This document shows, in pieces, positions 1 to 11,681 of a DNA stretch of 64,000 bases. The translations under genes and the position numbers were made by a program. The DNA is from Octopus sinensis (taxonomy: Eukaryota): contig NC_043011.1 of the NCBI RefSeq assembly GCF_006345805.1, positions 26,238,464 through 26,302,463 on the forward strand, given 5' to 3'. Position 1 is the first letter of the stretch. Every line of letters starts with the position of its first letter. Under the pieces are notes generated by a model. The model saw only the letters and a list, made by a program, of their open reading frames with translations, ran no database searches and was not told the DNA's origin.

Positions 1-215
1 GACCCCTCCCCACCCATCTTTGTAGGAACCACTGTTAGAAACCTTTATCTTCCTTTCTATTGAAATACGAGCCTTCACTTTATTTGAATGTTTCTTGTGT
101 ACAGAAAGATTGTACTGCACTAAGCAGTAAACCTTTCAGTGTAATTTGATATAATGTCTATAGATATGGAGAAAGATTAATATGAATGTATCTTCGCTAT
201 TTTTATTTGTTATAG

Positions 216-291
216 GGAACTGGCAGATTGATTGTGATGAATACAGAAAATGACCCTGAAAAGGATAAGGAGCTAGTGCAAACTTTACTTG
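216..291 (+). CDS. CUL4: Cullin-4, first visible coding exon (gene starts upstream of the window)
   Basis: tatag acceptor, gtaagt donor; GTGRLIVMNTENDPEKDKELVQTLL matches CUL4 ..PEKDKDMVQ.LL; 76 nt, ends phase 1. Confidence 0.93.
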
Positions 292-1933
292 GTAAGTGTT
301 ATAATTGCAAGGTATGTTTGGAGTGGTAGTGGTTGTTTTTTGGCCCTAGATCAGCTTTGATCCATTAGATGTGTGATAAAGGTATTCCAGTCACAACCAT
401 CCTGTATTTTTTTTTTAGACATAATGTATCTAGGGCTATATGTCTTAATGTGTAACTTGTGCTATTTTTAGTGGGACAAGTGAACACCTAGAAGCTTGTT
501 AAATGTATAGAGTTGGTAACTTGATAGTTTGTGTCTGGCTGTTACGGTTTTTTGTTACATCTCCATGCTAGATACCTATCACTGTTATTTGTAATATTGT
601 TGTGCTTGTCACAAGGTGTGTCGTGTTTGTGTTATGTATGCTTTAACTATTGAACAAAATCAGAGACCTACTCATAACCTTTAAATGAAACTGTATTGAA
701 GATCAATAAATTTTTGCAGGAAATATGAAAAATTTATAAAATGTGGAATTTCCATATTTAATAATATTATAGCAGAATTGGTAAAATGTTGAATGAAAGG
801 CTTTGCAATATTTGGTTATATTCTTCTACATTCTGAGTTCAAATCCCACTAGGTTTGATTTTGCTATTTATCCTTTTGGGATCAATTTAACTACTGCTCC
901 CCTGGCCTTACAACTTCTGTTAGAAATCTATTATTTTAAGCTAAAGGCAGTGAACTGGCAGGATCATTAATGCATCGGGTAAAATCATTAGTGCTGTTTT
1001 TACTGGCTCTTTACCTTCTGAGTTCAAATTCTGCTGGGGTTGAGTTTGCGTTTCATCCTTTCAAATTCAATGAAATAAGTACCAGTTGAGCACTGGGGTT
1101 GATATAATCAACTAGCCCCTTCTTCTTTAAATTTACTGGTCTTGTGCCTAAATTTGAAACTGTTATTTTGAAGTGATGTGAAAAGGTAGGAAGCTTGGTA
1201 GGTGTCCCAGTGCTGACCTTATGTAATTAAACTGACAAAAACGTAGCTTTCCTGGTGACTTTTTTGCTAATTAATTAAAAAGTTAAAATTTCATTAACAC
1301 TGAGTTAATCCTTGTGCACTATTTACTCTCTAAAGTCAGTTGTCATTTAGTTGTTGAGTTCTAATTAAGAAAACATATAATTGAAGACATCCCGGCTGTA
1401 CCATCCCTATTTTACCCCCAAGATAGTTTATTTAAGTTTATAGTGTCTGTGTCCTTCCATTTTTTGAAATGGTTGTGTGATTTGAGGGAGATTTGGCTAC
1501 TATATCTAGTATATTGAGTGACTATGTAAAAGTTCCCTCATTTGCTAGTTGGCAGTTAGTTAATCCTGTCACTGTTTAAAGGTTATAGCTACATATGACT
1601 GATGTAAACCCTGTTGTCAGTGTTTTAATCTTGTCTCTGTATTGGCCAGTTCCTACCTACAAAGATTTTAATGTATTAATGAGTCATTTTAAAGAGTGCT
1701 GGTGCTAGTGAAGAATTGTACCTAGCCATTTTATATTTCGTTTTTATTAACAAAAGAGTTAAAATTAAAGTTAAGATTTAACTTAAGATTTTCACTTTAT
1801 CAAATCAAATATTCTCACAGTACTTTAAAGTTTATGCCATTGGGGTTCAATTACTGTAATAAATTTCTCATTTTATTTTCATTGTTATCTAAAATAGTTT
1901 AGCCAATACCTTGTATTTGCATTTTGAAACCAG

Positions 1934-2062
1934 ATTTCAAAGACAAGATCGACAACATAAATGCTGTTTGCTTCCAAAAGAATGACAGATTTGTGAATAC
2001 CATGAAGGAGAGTTTTGAGCATTTTATCAACCAACGACAAAACAAACCTGCAGAATTAATTG
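1934..2062 (+). CDS. CUL4: Cullin-4 exon
   Basis: AG/GT bounded; [43 protein letters not shown]; phase 1-1. Confidence 0.97.
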
Positions 2063-2166
2063 GTATGAAAGTCTCTTATAATATCTGTTTAAGTGTTATG
2101 CTTCTAATTTTCCCTGCTGTCTTACAGATTTATGTATTTGATTGTCAGTTATGTTCAATTAAATTC

Positions 2167-2207
<41 letters not shown>

Positions 2208-2209
<2 letters not shown>

Positions 2210-2502
2210 AGGCACAATGGCCTAGTGGTTAGGGCAGAGGACTTGCGGTCGCAGGATCGCGGTTTCGATTTCCAGACCGGGCATTGTGTGTGTTTATTGA
2301 GCGAAAACACCTAAAAGCTCCACGAGGCTCCAGCAGGGGGTGGTGATCCCTGCTGTACTCTTTCACCACTCTTTCTCCCACTCTTTCTTCTGTTGGCCTG
2401 CTCACTTAGCCATTGGGTGGCGTCATTCGAAGGCTAAAACAATGCGAATGCATTGTGACCAGCGATGTGTAACAACATCTGATGGTCTGGTCGGTCACGT
2501 GA
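2208..2502 (+). mobile_element. tRNA-derived SINE (family S1, tail variant A) embedded in (TA)n
   Basis: A box TGGCCTAGTGG, B box GTTTCGATTTC; head and central part shared with the copies at 41251 and 47056. Confidence 0.85.
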
Positions 2503-2900
2503 TATATATATATATATATATATACATACACACACATACATATACACACATGGCATGGTTGAATTGTTATCAACCCCAATTAATCAGTTGTGTGAAACAG
2601 AGCTGATTAATTAATGAGATTTAACACTATCTAAGCCCATATCTATTGTGTTGGATGTAGTTAAATGTCAGTCTTATTTCAGCAGAGCTTACCAAAGATT
2701 TTTATGGGAAAATATATAGTCGTAAATTAGCAGTTTGGTGTGATTTGAACTTTTAAGCTAATGTTCTAAAGAGCATTATGTTAGTTCAGTTTTATCTTTG
2801 AATAAAACTATTTAACAAGAAGCATTATTTGACATATTTTGACAAGAAACCTTCGTTTTCTCTTTCGCCTTGGTTCTCATCTCTAACTCTTATATTCCAG

Positions 2901-2938
2901 CCAAGTATGTGGATTATAAGCTCCGGGCGGGAAATAAA
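2901..2938 (+). CDS. CUL4: Cullin-4 exon
   Basis: ttccag/gtaagt; AKYVDYKLRAGNK; phase 1-0. Confidence 0.96.
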
Positions 2939-3853
2939 GTAAGTTCTGTTGTTTACTATTTCAACAAAATACCCGTCGCTTGATTAATTTGTAAATTGTT
3001 AGTATAGAGCAAGCATTAGTTGTTGCTTTTTGCTTTATATACATTCCAGATTCTAGGCTTATAGTTTAAAATTTAATGATTTTGAGGTTATTTTTGTAGT
3101 TCTTGTAAGAAAATCACTTGCTGTTTATGTAAATATAAATTCTGCTTTCCAATGGAAATTTGTTGTTACAATTAACTATCATTTTATTGAAAAATTCTTG
3201 GTTCCAAAATTCACCTATAAGATTTTCAGATCTTTCTATTATGGTAGTATCCAGTTCTGAAATTCATTTGTTCTAGGTTCTAAAGGAATTAAAATAAACT
3301 AATGAAAATGGTGATTTTTATATTTAACCCTGTTGTTAGCCATTTTCTTAAACAACCCAAACAGTTCTCATAAATCACTTACCTACATCCTTTTTCTTCA
3401 ATTAATAGAAGTATTTTATCATTCAATAAACGGGGTGGGGTAAGGGGTTATCAGCGAATTAATTAGACAAATATATGGCTGTAGTATTGGACCAATCAAA
3501 ATTGATTCAATTACAAACTAACAAGGAGCCCTCTCTGGTTGCTTGACTTCCTAGATATAACTTCCACATCTTCAAATTGTAAGAATTACATGTAAGATAA
3601 TGTATTCTTAGATATATTAACACTACAAAATAAGGACAGGATAGTCATGCCTTTGATCAAAATGTCTGTCTATTCAGGGCTGATCTGAAACTACTGAACA
3701 GAAGCAACAAATGTTTTGTTCTGTATTATAGAAAAAGCTTCTGATAAGCTGACTTTGCAATTCACTTTCGAATTTTGCTTTTATCCTCTTATGTCAGTAA
3801 TACCCATTTAAGAAAGGTACATACTTCATGTTTGTGCTTTTGTAATTCTATTG

Positions 3854-4120
3854 AGCGTGGCCGTCTGCCAGCCTCGTCTGGCACCTGTGTCGGTGGCACA
3901 TAAAAAACACCATCCGAGCGTGGCCGTTCGCCAGCCTCATCTGGCACCTAAAATCACCCACTACACTCTCGGAGTGGTTGGCGTTAGGAAGGGCATCCAG
4001 CTGTAGAAACACTGCCAGATCTGACTGGCCTGGTGCAGCCTTCGGGCTCCCCAGACCCCAGTTGAACCGTCCAACCCATGCTAGCATGGAAAGCGGACGT
4101 TAAACGATGATGATGATGAT
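3854..4120 (+). mobile_element. RTE-type LINE/SINE 3' end with (GAT)n tail, flanked by ~250-bp direct repeats
   Basis: Ends CCCATGCTAGCATGGAAAGCGGACGTTAAAC(GAT)n, the same tail that follows the RTE ORF end at 10135-10666; flanks 3602-3853 and 4121-4362 are direct repeats. Confidence 0.85.
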
Positions 4121-4407
4121 GTATTCTTAGATATATTAACACTACAAAATAAGGACAGGATGGTCATGCCTTTGATCAAAATGTCTGTCTATTCAGGGTT
4201 GATCTGAAACTACTGAACAGAAGCAACAAATGTTTTGTTCTATATTATAGAAAAAGCTTCTGATAAACTGACTTTGCAATCCACTTTCGAATTTTGCTTT
4301 TATCCTCTGATGTCAGTAATGCCCATTTTAGAATTCATGTTTGTGCTTTTGTAATTCTATTGTTTATTGAAATAATTTGTTAATTTAAACTGCTTTATTA
4401 TTTACAG

Positions 4408-4474
4408 GAAGCAACAGAAGAAGAATTAGAACGGCTTTTAGATAAGATAATGGTTCTGTTTCGATTTATCCATG
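4408..4474 (+). CDS. CUL4: Cullin-4 exon
   Basis: tacag/gtaagt; [22 protein letters not shown]; phase 0-1. Confidence 0.97.
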
Positions 4475-4824
4475 GTAAGTGACTGAAACTAATATTTAGA
4501 CTTTCCTGATTCTTGCTCATTGTTAAGTTAGTTGGTTTTTTTTTTTTTTTTTTTTTTTTAGTAAAGTTGGCAAATATCAGTAAGTTTGTATGCTGTGGCA
4601 AATTAAGAACTCTGAAGTTTTGAGCTAATTTTCTCCCTGTGATGATCTTGCTTAAAATGTTAATACTCTCTTCTCTCCACAGCAGAAAGTTATTCAACAT
4701 CAACTTTACTAAATGCTTTTTGGTGTCAAGACCACTTCTAGTTTCCTGGGTTTTGTCTCTTCATAATAATTCATTCAGGCTGCTGTAATCAGTATATTCA
4801 CTCGTTTATTTTATTTTGTTTTAG

Positions 4825-4935
4825 GAAAAGATATGTTTGAAGCTTTTTATAAGAAAGACCTTGCTAAGAGACTTATTGTTGGAAAGAGTGCTTCAGTTGA
4901 TGCAGAGAAGTCCATGCTGTCAAAACTAAAACAGG
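4825..4935 (+). CDS. CUL4: Cullin-4 exon (cullin homology domain)
   Basis: tttag/gtaag; [37 protein letters not shown]; phase 1-1. Confidence 0.98.
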
Positions 4936-5504
4936 GTAAGAATTATTAATCAGTCTCTTATTAGCACAGCTATTTCATGTAAACACTGGTAAGTGAGGGT
5001 TAACCAATGTAACATTCTGTTTGGGGGATTTTTTTTTCTGGACCTATTTAGAAGAGAAGGAGGGTAGTATATGTGTTCTTTGTAGATCCTTTTAGTTTGA
5101 TAAGGAATACATATATAGTGTAGATTTAGAAGGGAAGTGAATCAAGAAGAGAAGCGGTACATTTGGTTGGTAGGCCAGAGATACTAAGTAGTTTGTTTGT
5201 ACAGAGGAAAGATAATCCATTGCAATAGTGGAGGGAAAACAGTGGATCTGCAAGTCAGTTATAGTGTGTTAATGAGCAAGTCTTTACCAATCAATTGGAT
5301 GGCCTTTTTTTGGACATGGTTTCTGTTGTTTATGTGTAGCCGCACAATATATTGCCAAAGGTCTCGGTCACCTGTCACAGGGCCTCACAGAAGTAGTGAC
5401 AAGTGTTTAAGACCTTTTTGACATACCATGCTTGAGAAAATCTGTCAAGCCAAGTGGGATTGTAATTGTGGCCAATGCTGATGTTACATAACTGGCATCT
5501 GTAC

Positions 5505-5737
5505 CTATTTCTTTACTACCCACAAGGAGCTAAACACAGAGGAAACAAACAAGGACAGACAGACGGATTAAGTCGATTATATCGACCCCAGTGCGTAACT
5601 GGTACTTAATTTATCGACCCTGAAAGGATGAAAGGCAAAGTCGACCTCGGCGGAATTTGAACTCAGAACGTAACAGCAGACGAAATACCGCTAGGTGTTT
5701 TGCCTGGTGTGCTAACATTTCTGCCAGCTCGCTGCCT
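5505..5737 (-). mobile_element. SINE family S3 inserted into an RTE 3' fragment, 16-bp TSD
   Basis: TAACTGGCATCTGTAC at 5489-5504 and 5738-5753; body matches the 33004 copy; RTE tail resumes 5754-5941. Confidence 0.88.
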
Positions 5738-6117
5738 TAACTGGCATCTGTACTGGTGGCATGTAAAAAGCACCCATTACACTCTTGGAGTGATTGGTGT
5801 TAGGAAGGGCATCCAGCCATACAAACCATACGAAATCAGAGTGGAACTTGGTGCAGTTCCCCAGCTTACCAGTTTTCAGTTAAACTATCCAACCGATGCA
5901 AGCGTGGAAAACAGACGTTAAATGATGATGATGATGATGATGTGAGTAATCAATGTGAGTGAATTAGAGTAAAGTATCTGATCCCTCTGACTGGGGTAAA
6001 CATGTATCTGCTCTACAAGATATGTTTCTGTCCTCTTGTCACACTCTAACCTTTCATCAGCTGGGCACAAGGCTACCTCCCCCCCCCCCAATATCTTTGT
6101 TTTGTGAGTTATTTCGT

Positions 6118-6288
6118 GACCCTGCTGGTGTCTGGTGCCACATAAAAAGCATCCCATCCACACTCTAAAGTGGTTGGTGTTTGGAAGGGCATCTAACCAT
6201 AAAACTATGCCAAAGTAGAGAGTGAAGTCTGGTGCAGCCTTCTGGTCCAACTCATGTCAGCATGGGAAACGGACATTAAATGATGATG
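6118..6288 (+). mobile_element. RTE 3' tail fragment
   Basis: Same GGAAGGGCATC...CATGGGAAACGGACATTAAA(TGA)n tail. Confidence 0.75.
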
Positions 6289-6910
6289 ACTGTGGTTAAG
6301 GAGCTTGCTTTGCAACCACATGGTTTCAGGTCCATTCCCATAGTGTGGTACCTTGGGCAAGTGTCTTCTACTATAGTCCCAGACCAACCAATGCCTTGTG
6401 AGTGAATTTGGTTAACTGAAAGCCCATCATGTGTGTGTGTGTTTGTATTTGTCTCACCCCACCACTTGACAATCAATAGTTCAGCAAGTGATCAATAGAA
6501 TAAGTACCAGACTTTAAAAAATTTGTTCAATTAGGCCAGAGGTTCTCAAACTTTTTGGGCCAATGCCCCCCCCCCCCATGACCACATAATACCCTCAGCA
6601 CCCCCACGCCTGTTTTTATGTATAAATAAAAATGTTATATTTTACTAATTTATATATACTATGAATCATTTGATATTTAATATTATTATATAATTTGTAT
6701 ACAATGCTATAACATTATAAATTCATAAGTGTCCCCCAATCCACTGCCTTTCTCCCAATGCCTCCTTTTCCTCTACCACCCCCTCAGACACCAGCGCCCA
6801 CCTGGACCCTCACAGTACCCACTTTGAGAACCTATGGATTAGGCCATTCAGTGGTACCCTGGTATAGGCTTCAATGCAATGATTGAAACAAGTAAAAAGA
6901 TAAAGAGGAA
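6288..6910 (+). mobile_element. Old CORE-like SINE (family S2) split by a hAT MITE
   Basis: ACCTTGGGCAAGTGTCTTCTACTATAG core at ~6350; GAAACAAGTAAAAAGA tail resumes after 6845. Confidence 0.75.
6537..6836. mobile_element. hAT (Charlie-like) MITE
   Basis: TIRs CAGAGGTTCTCAAA / TTTGAGAACCTATG; 8-bp TSD AATTAGGC/GATTAGGC with central TA. Confidence 0.88.
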
Positions 6911-7087
6911 ACCTAGAAATATTGTATCTAGTTGAGGTATAGTTGTAACTGTAGAGTGTATAGTGATAATACTTTCACTGATACAAGCAGGAATTTTGTC
7001 TGGGAACTGTTTGAGGAAAACCAGGCTGTATTGTCTTCATTGGAGAATTTTTATCAGTATCTCTTTATGGAAGCAGTGCATTGGTTG

Positions 7088-7508
7088 CATCATCATCAGT
7101 TAACATTGTTTTCCATGCTGGCATGGGTTGACTGGCTTGACAGGAACTAATAAGGTCAGGGGATCACACCAGGTTCTATAGTCTGTTTAGGCCTGGTTTT
7201 TACAGCTGAATGCCCTCCCTAATGCCAATCACTTTACAGAGTGTACTGGTTGCTTTTTCATGGCACCAGTGTTTTTTATGTAGCACCAGCATTATGTGAC
7301 ATAATCACCAGTGGTTTTTACATGGCACCAGCTCCAGTACAATTATTACATGTCACCAGCTCCAGTACTTTTTACATGGCATCAGCACCAGTACTTCTTA
7401 TGTGGCACCATCACCAGTACTTTTTACATAAGACCAGTATTGTGTGACTCCATTACCAGTGTATTTTATGTGGTACTATTACCATTGCTTTTTACATGGC
7501 ATCAGCAT
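7088..7508 (-). mobile_element. RTE 3' tail (7088-7255) continuing into a ~26-bp degenerate minisatellite (7255-7508)
   Basis: Reverse-complement tail with (CAT)n; repeated TTTTTACATGGCACCAGCACCAGTAC-like units. Confidence 0.75.
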
Positions 7509-8125
7509 GTGGAGGATATTTGTATGGAGAAAGTTAAGGAGTGAAGGGTAGCATCATCTGTGTTGAAGTGTTTGTGGTTAGAGCAATAGAATCCTGTGTT
7601 GAAGTGGGTATGTGGTTTAAGGTAGCGACAAATTGTTCTATCAATCCTGAGATTTAGAGGGCTGGGAAAATAGAGTAATAACAAGAGGTGTAGAGATGAA
7701 TATATCAGGTAGTTTTGGATGGTTGTTGGTAGAGTTAGAGAAATTTCTTTGCTTGGTAATGGGAATACAGTATTACAAAGTTAATAGAGACCTTCTTGAC
7801 AAGGGACCAGAAAGCCCAACTGAGGTACATTAGTGTAAGCTTAAAGGGTTGTGCATACATAAAAGTATTTTTAAAAGTATTGCAGTGATGGTTAAAAGTC
7901 TCCCAGTTGATGAAGGGTGATTTTGTTTTTCTTCCTCTCCCCCCATGTGTTGTTAGTGCTCTTAGACCTACTACTGGGAATTTGGGCTTGTGAGCTTTAG
8001 TTGGTGGCAATTATTTTTATAAGTAGCTAAAATCCAGTAGAAAGAGTAGGCTGAAAAATCAATGTGTAATGTTCATACATGTTTAATATACTATATTACT
8101 ATATATTGTTCACAATGCTACATTA

Positions 8126-8163
<38 letters not shown>

Positions 8164-8384
8164 GATTGTTGACTGACAAAGTTGGTAGTGTTAGGCAGAA
8201 TGCCTGGTTGCACTTAGTAATATCTATTTAAAGTTCTGAGTTTAAATCAATGTTATTAGCTGTATCTTTGTGTGTGTAGTGTACACTGAAAGTGCTCTGA
8301 ATAATTAAAAATTAATTATTAATTACAGCTATGGTAATAATGTCTATGTAAAGGGAAGAATCTCAAATATATACAAAGCATATA

Positions 8385-8529
8385 TCATCATCATTATCGT
8401 TTAATGTCTGCTTCCCATGCTAGCATGGGCTGAACAGTTTGACTGAGGGCTGGTGAGCCAGAAGGGTGCACCAGGCTCCAATCTAATCTGGCAAAGTTTC
8501 TACTGCTGGATGCCCTTCATAACGCCATC
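8385..8529 (-). mobile_element. RTE 3' tail fragment
   Basis: (CAT)n..GTTTAATGTCTGCTTCCCATGCTAGCATGGG, reverse complement of the tail. Confidence 0.75.
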
Positions 8530-8849
8530 ATATATATATATATATTATTACCTTAATCCTGAGCATAAGATTTGAAGTGTGTCTCACACATCTGAATTAG
8601 GCTGAAAATTGACAAATACAGTTATATTATATAAATAAAATACTATATACAGACAACTGGAGTCTGGTGCAGCTCACTGACTGGCCAGCTCCTGTCAAAC
8701 TGCCCAACCCTTGGAAAACAGACCATGGATCAATTTAAAGCAAATGGGATGAATGTCTCTTACATATAGACTTAAATTGTTTTACTTGGGTTGTGTAAAA
8801 CTTTTAAAGCACTTGACTGAGTTTCCCCAATTAGTCTTCTACTATAACC

Positions 8850-8951
8850 CCGGCAGGAAGGGCATCCAGCCATAGAAAGTCCCTTTCAACAAATTCCATG
8901 TGACCCATGCAAGCATGGAAAAGTGGACTTGAATGATGATGATGATGATGA
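8850..8951 (+). mobile_element. Short RTE 3' tail fragment
   Basis: GGAAGGGCATCCAGCC..CCCATGCAAGCATGGAAAAGTGGAC..(GAT)n. Confidence 0.7.
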
Positions 8952-9068
8952 AATATATGTTTATTGTTGTGTGTTTGTACACATGCACATCTGGGACAAA
9001 AACTTATATGATATAGGAATAATTTGTAATTATGTTAAAAACTATCTTTTGTGTACTTCGAATTTTAG

Positions 9069-9224
<156 letters not shown>

Positions 9225-9738
9225 TGATACATGAAAACAATTGATTTGGTAATGCCCCAACATAGCCACATTTGATTGTTTGAAACCAATACTAGAAAAC
9301 AAATAAAAGGAAAATAAAAGAAAAATAATTCATATTGTTGTTGTAATAGGATTTTTTAGAAATTTCTTTTTAGTTTGTAGAAATTTTATTTTGAGTAATA
9401 GGAAAAATTAGGATGGAGTAAGTAGAGATTAAAAGCCAGTCAAATTATTTCTTCAGAGAGTTGAATGCATAGTTAAAAAGAAAGATAGTATTTGAAAAAA
9501 TCAAATGGCATTTAACACTAAAACAACTGTATGTTCATTTGGTAGAAGGGGGAGAAGTTGAAATATATTCATGAGACTTCAATTCAATACAACATGAATT
9601 TGAAGAGTTATATGTTCTTATTGATATTATCATTGTTTGTTTTCAACATTTCTTTCACAATTCTATTCACTTAGATTACATTAGGCTTTACTGTTATTGT
9701 TGTGTGTTTCTATTAATATTTCTGTTATTACCCACCAG

Positions 9739-9846
9739 CATATGCCTGCACGTTCTCAGCCTGGCGGTATTGATCTGACTGTAAATATTTTAACAATGGG
9801 TTACTGGCCTACATACCCACATATGGAGGTGCATCTTCCTGTTGAG
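9739..9846 (+). CDS. CUL4: Cullin-4 exon
   Basis: ccag/gtaagt; HMPARSQPGGIDLTVNILTMGYWPTYPHMEVHLPVE; phase 0-0. Confidence 0.97.
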
Positions 9847-10134
9847 GTAAGTAAACTAGCTTAATGACCTTCCTTTTTTGTTTTCATTCTCTTTATATGA
9901 AACACGGTAGTTGTTATATTGTTATGGTTCTGGCCTAATGACCACATGTTTAGGAGATCAAGTCTTAGTATACTTCTACATGTTCAATCAACATGACTGA
10001 TAAGTGGTTAATTGGTTTGGTTTATACTGAATTTAGTTGAAGATGGTAATAATAATAATAATAATTTTCTAACATAAGCTCAAGGCCAGACATCAAATTT
10101 TGGGAAGAAGCTAGCATATTCTAATAGACAGGTA

Positions 10135-10666
10135 ATGTCACTGTGCACACATGACAGTGTAAGTGATTTAAGAGAAAAAACTGGGTATAAGAGGCATCAG
10201 ATATGTGCAAGAGAAAAGACTGTGCTGGTTTGGTCATGTGATGTGTATGGATGAGGACAGCTGCATAAAGAAGTGCCAAGCTCTAATTGTGGAAGGAGTA
10301 GATGCAGTAAGACATGGGACGAAACGATGAGAAAGGATCTTCAGACGCTCGGCCTCACTAAGGAAATGACAAGGGACTGGGAGTTGTGGTGATTTGCTTT
10401 ACTTGAGAAGACACATCAAGCCAAGTAAAATTGCTGCCATCCATGCATACAGGCTTGTCCTTTACAGATATTGGTGCCACATAAAATGCACTCATGCCGA
10501 TGCTGTGTTAACATGTAAAATGCACACAGCACACTCTGTTGAGTGCCTGATGTTAGGAAGGGTATCCAACCATAGATATCATGTCACAAGAAACAGTCTG
10601 GCTGGCTCCTGTCAGACTGTCCAACCCATGCCATCATGGAAAATGGATTTTAAATGATGATGATGA
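10135..10666 (+). mobile_element. RTE-clade LINE 3' end with decayed ORF C-terminus
   Basis: Translates to ..QEKRLCWFGHVMCMDEDSCIKKC..KTWDETMRKDLQTLGLTKEMTRD.ELW* (RTE RRLRWFGHV..WR motif); ends in (GAT)n. Confidence 0.85.
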
Positions 10667-11681
10667 TATAGTCAACATCAGTATTTGACAGGTACTTATT
10701 TCATTGATTCCAGAAGGATGAAAGGTAAAGTCGCCCCTGGCTGGATTTGAATTGGGAATCTGAAGTGATGTGGCTAAATTAATAATAATTTTAGGAACAT
10801 TGGCTTTTAAAATCATTTTTTTATTTCAATACTTGACTGTTGTGTATATATAAATTTTATAAGTTTATTATATGTAATAATTAAAATTTTTTAAATTTTA
10901 ATCCATTGCAAAGTGTTATGCCTTTTTCCCATGTTAGCATGTGACATGGGTTGGATGGGCTTGCAGTATAGCATCTAAGTATGTGTTAGTCTTTTGTCAT
11001 CTTTTGACTTCTAAAGTTGTATCAGTCCATTTTTTACCCTGGCCCTAATTTATTGTGCATTTATTCATTTTATATGCCCATAGTAGAGCACCAATTTGTT
11101 GATATCTTTAAATATCCAGTCATTTTATCAATACAATTTCACCTGTCTTAGAAAATTAGATGTGTACATCAAATGGAATTTTAATAAACATTTTCTTCAG
11201 GTTCTGTTGGTTATTGGTCTTGTTTCATTGCCATGCATCATCATACCTGTACATTCCAATGAGTGTCAGTGTGTCAGTACAAATCTTCTGCTTTTACTGC
11301 CTATATTTCTTCCTCTTTATTTCTCTGTCACACTCTAACCTTTCCTCATCTAATGCTAGATCACCTCCTCCAATGCCGGTTGTTAAATGATGATGATTGC
11401 ATTGCTTTTATAGGCTTTCTTTTTTCACTAAACACTATAAAGCTGGGAACAGTTATACATGAGTGAATAATAGAGAAAGATAGGGGAGGTAAACTTTTGA
11501 GCTTGAGATAATTACAACAGTCTTTAGGTTCCTGGAAAGTTAATTGCCTGTGAAATGCCGAATTGAGAGACAAACCCAAGTGTATGAAATATGGAACTGT
11601 GTGATATTATATGTCCATGACAAATACTATGAGCTTGTGGTAGAGTCGAGGTATACACAACTTAGCAAAGGCAACTTGATA

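Noticed and set aside
7255-7508. CRISPR-like array
   Set aside because: Degenerate tandem units without unique spacers, in a eukaryotic intron, with no cas genes.
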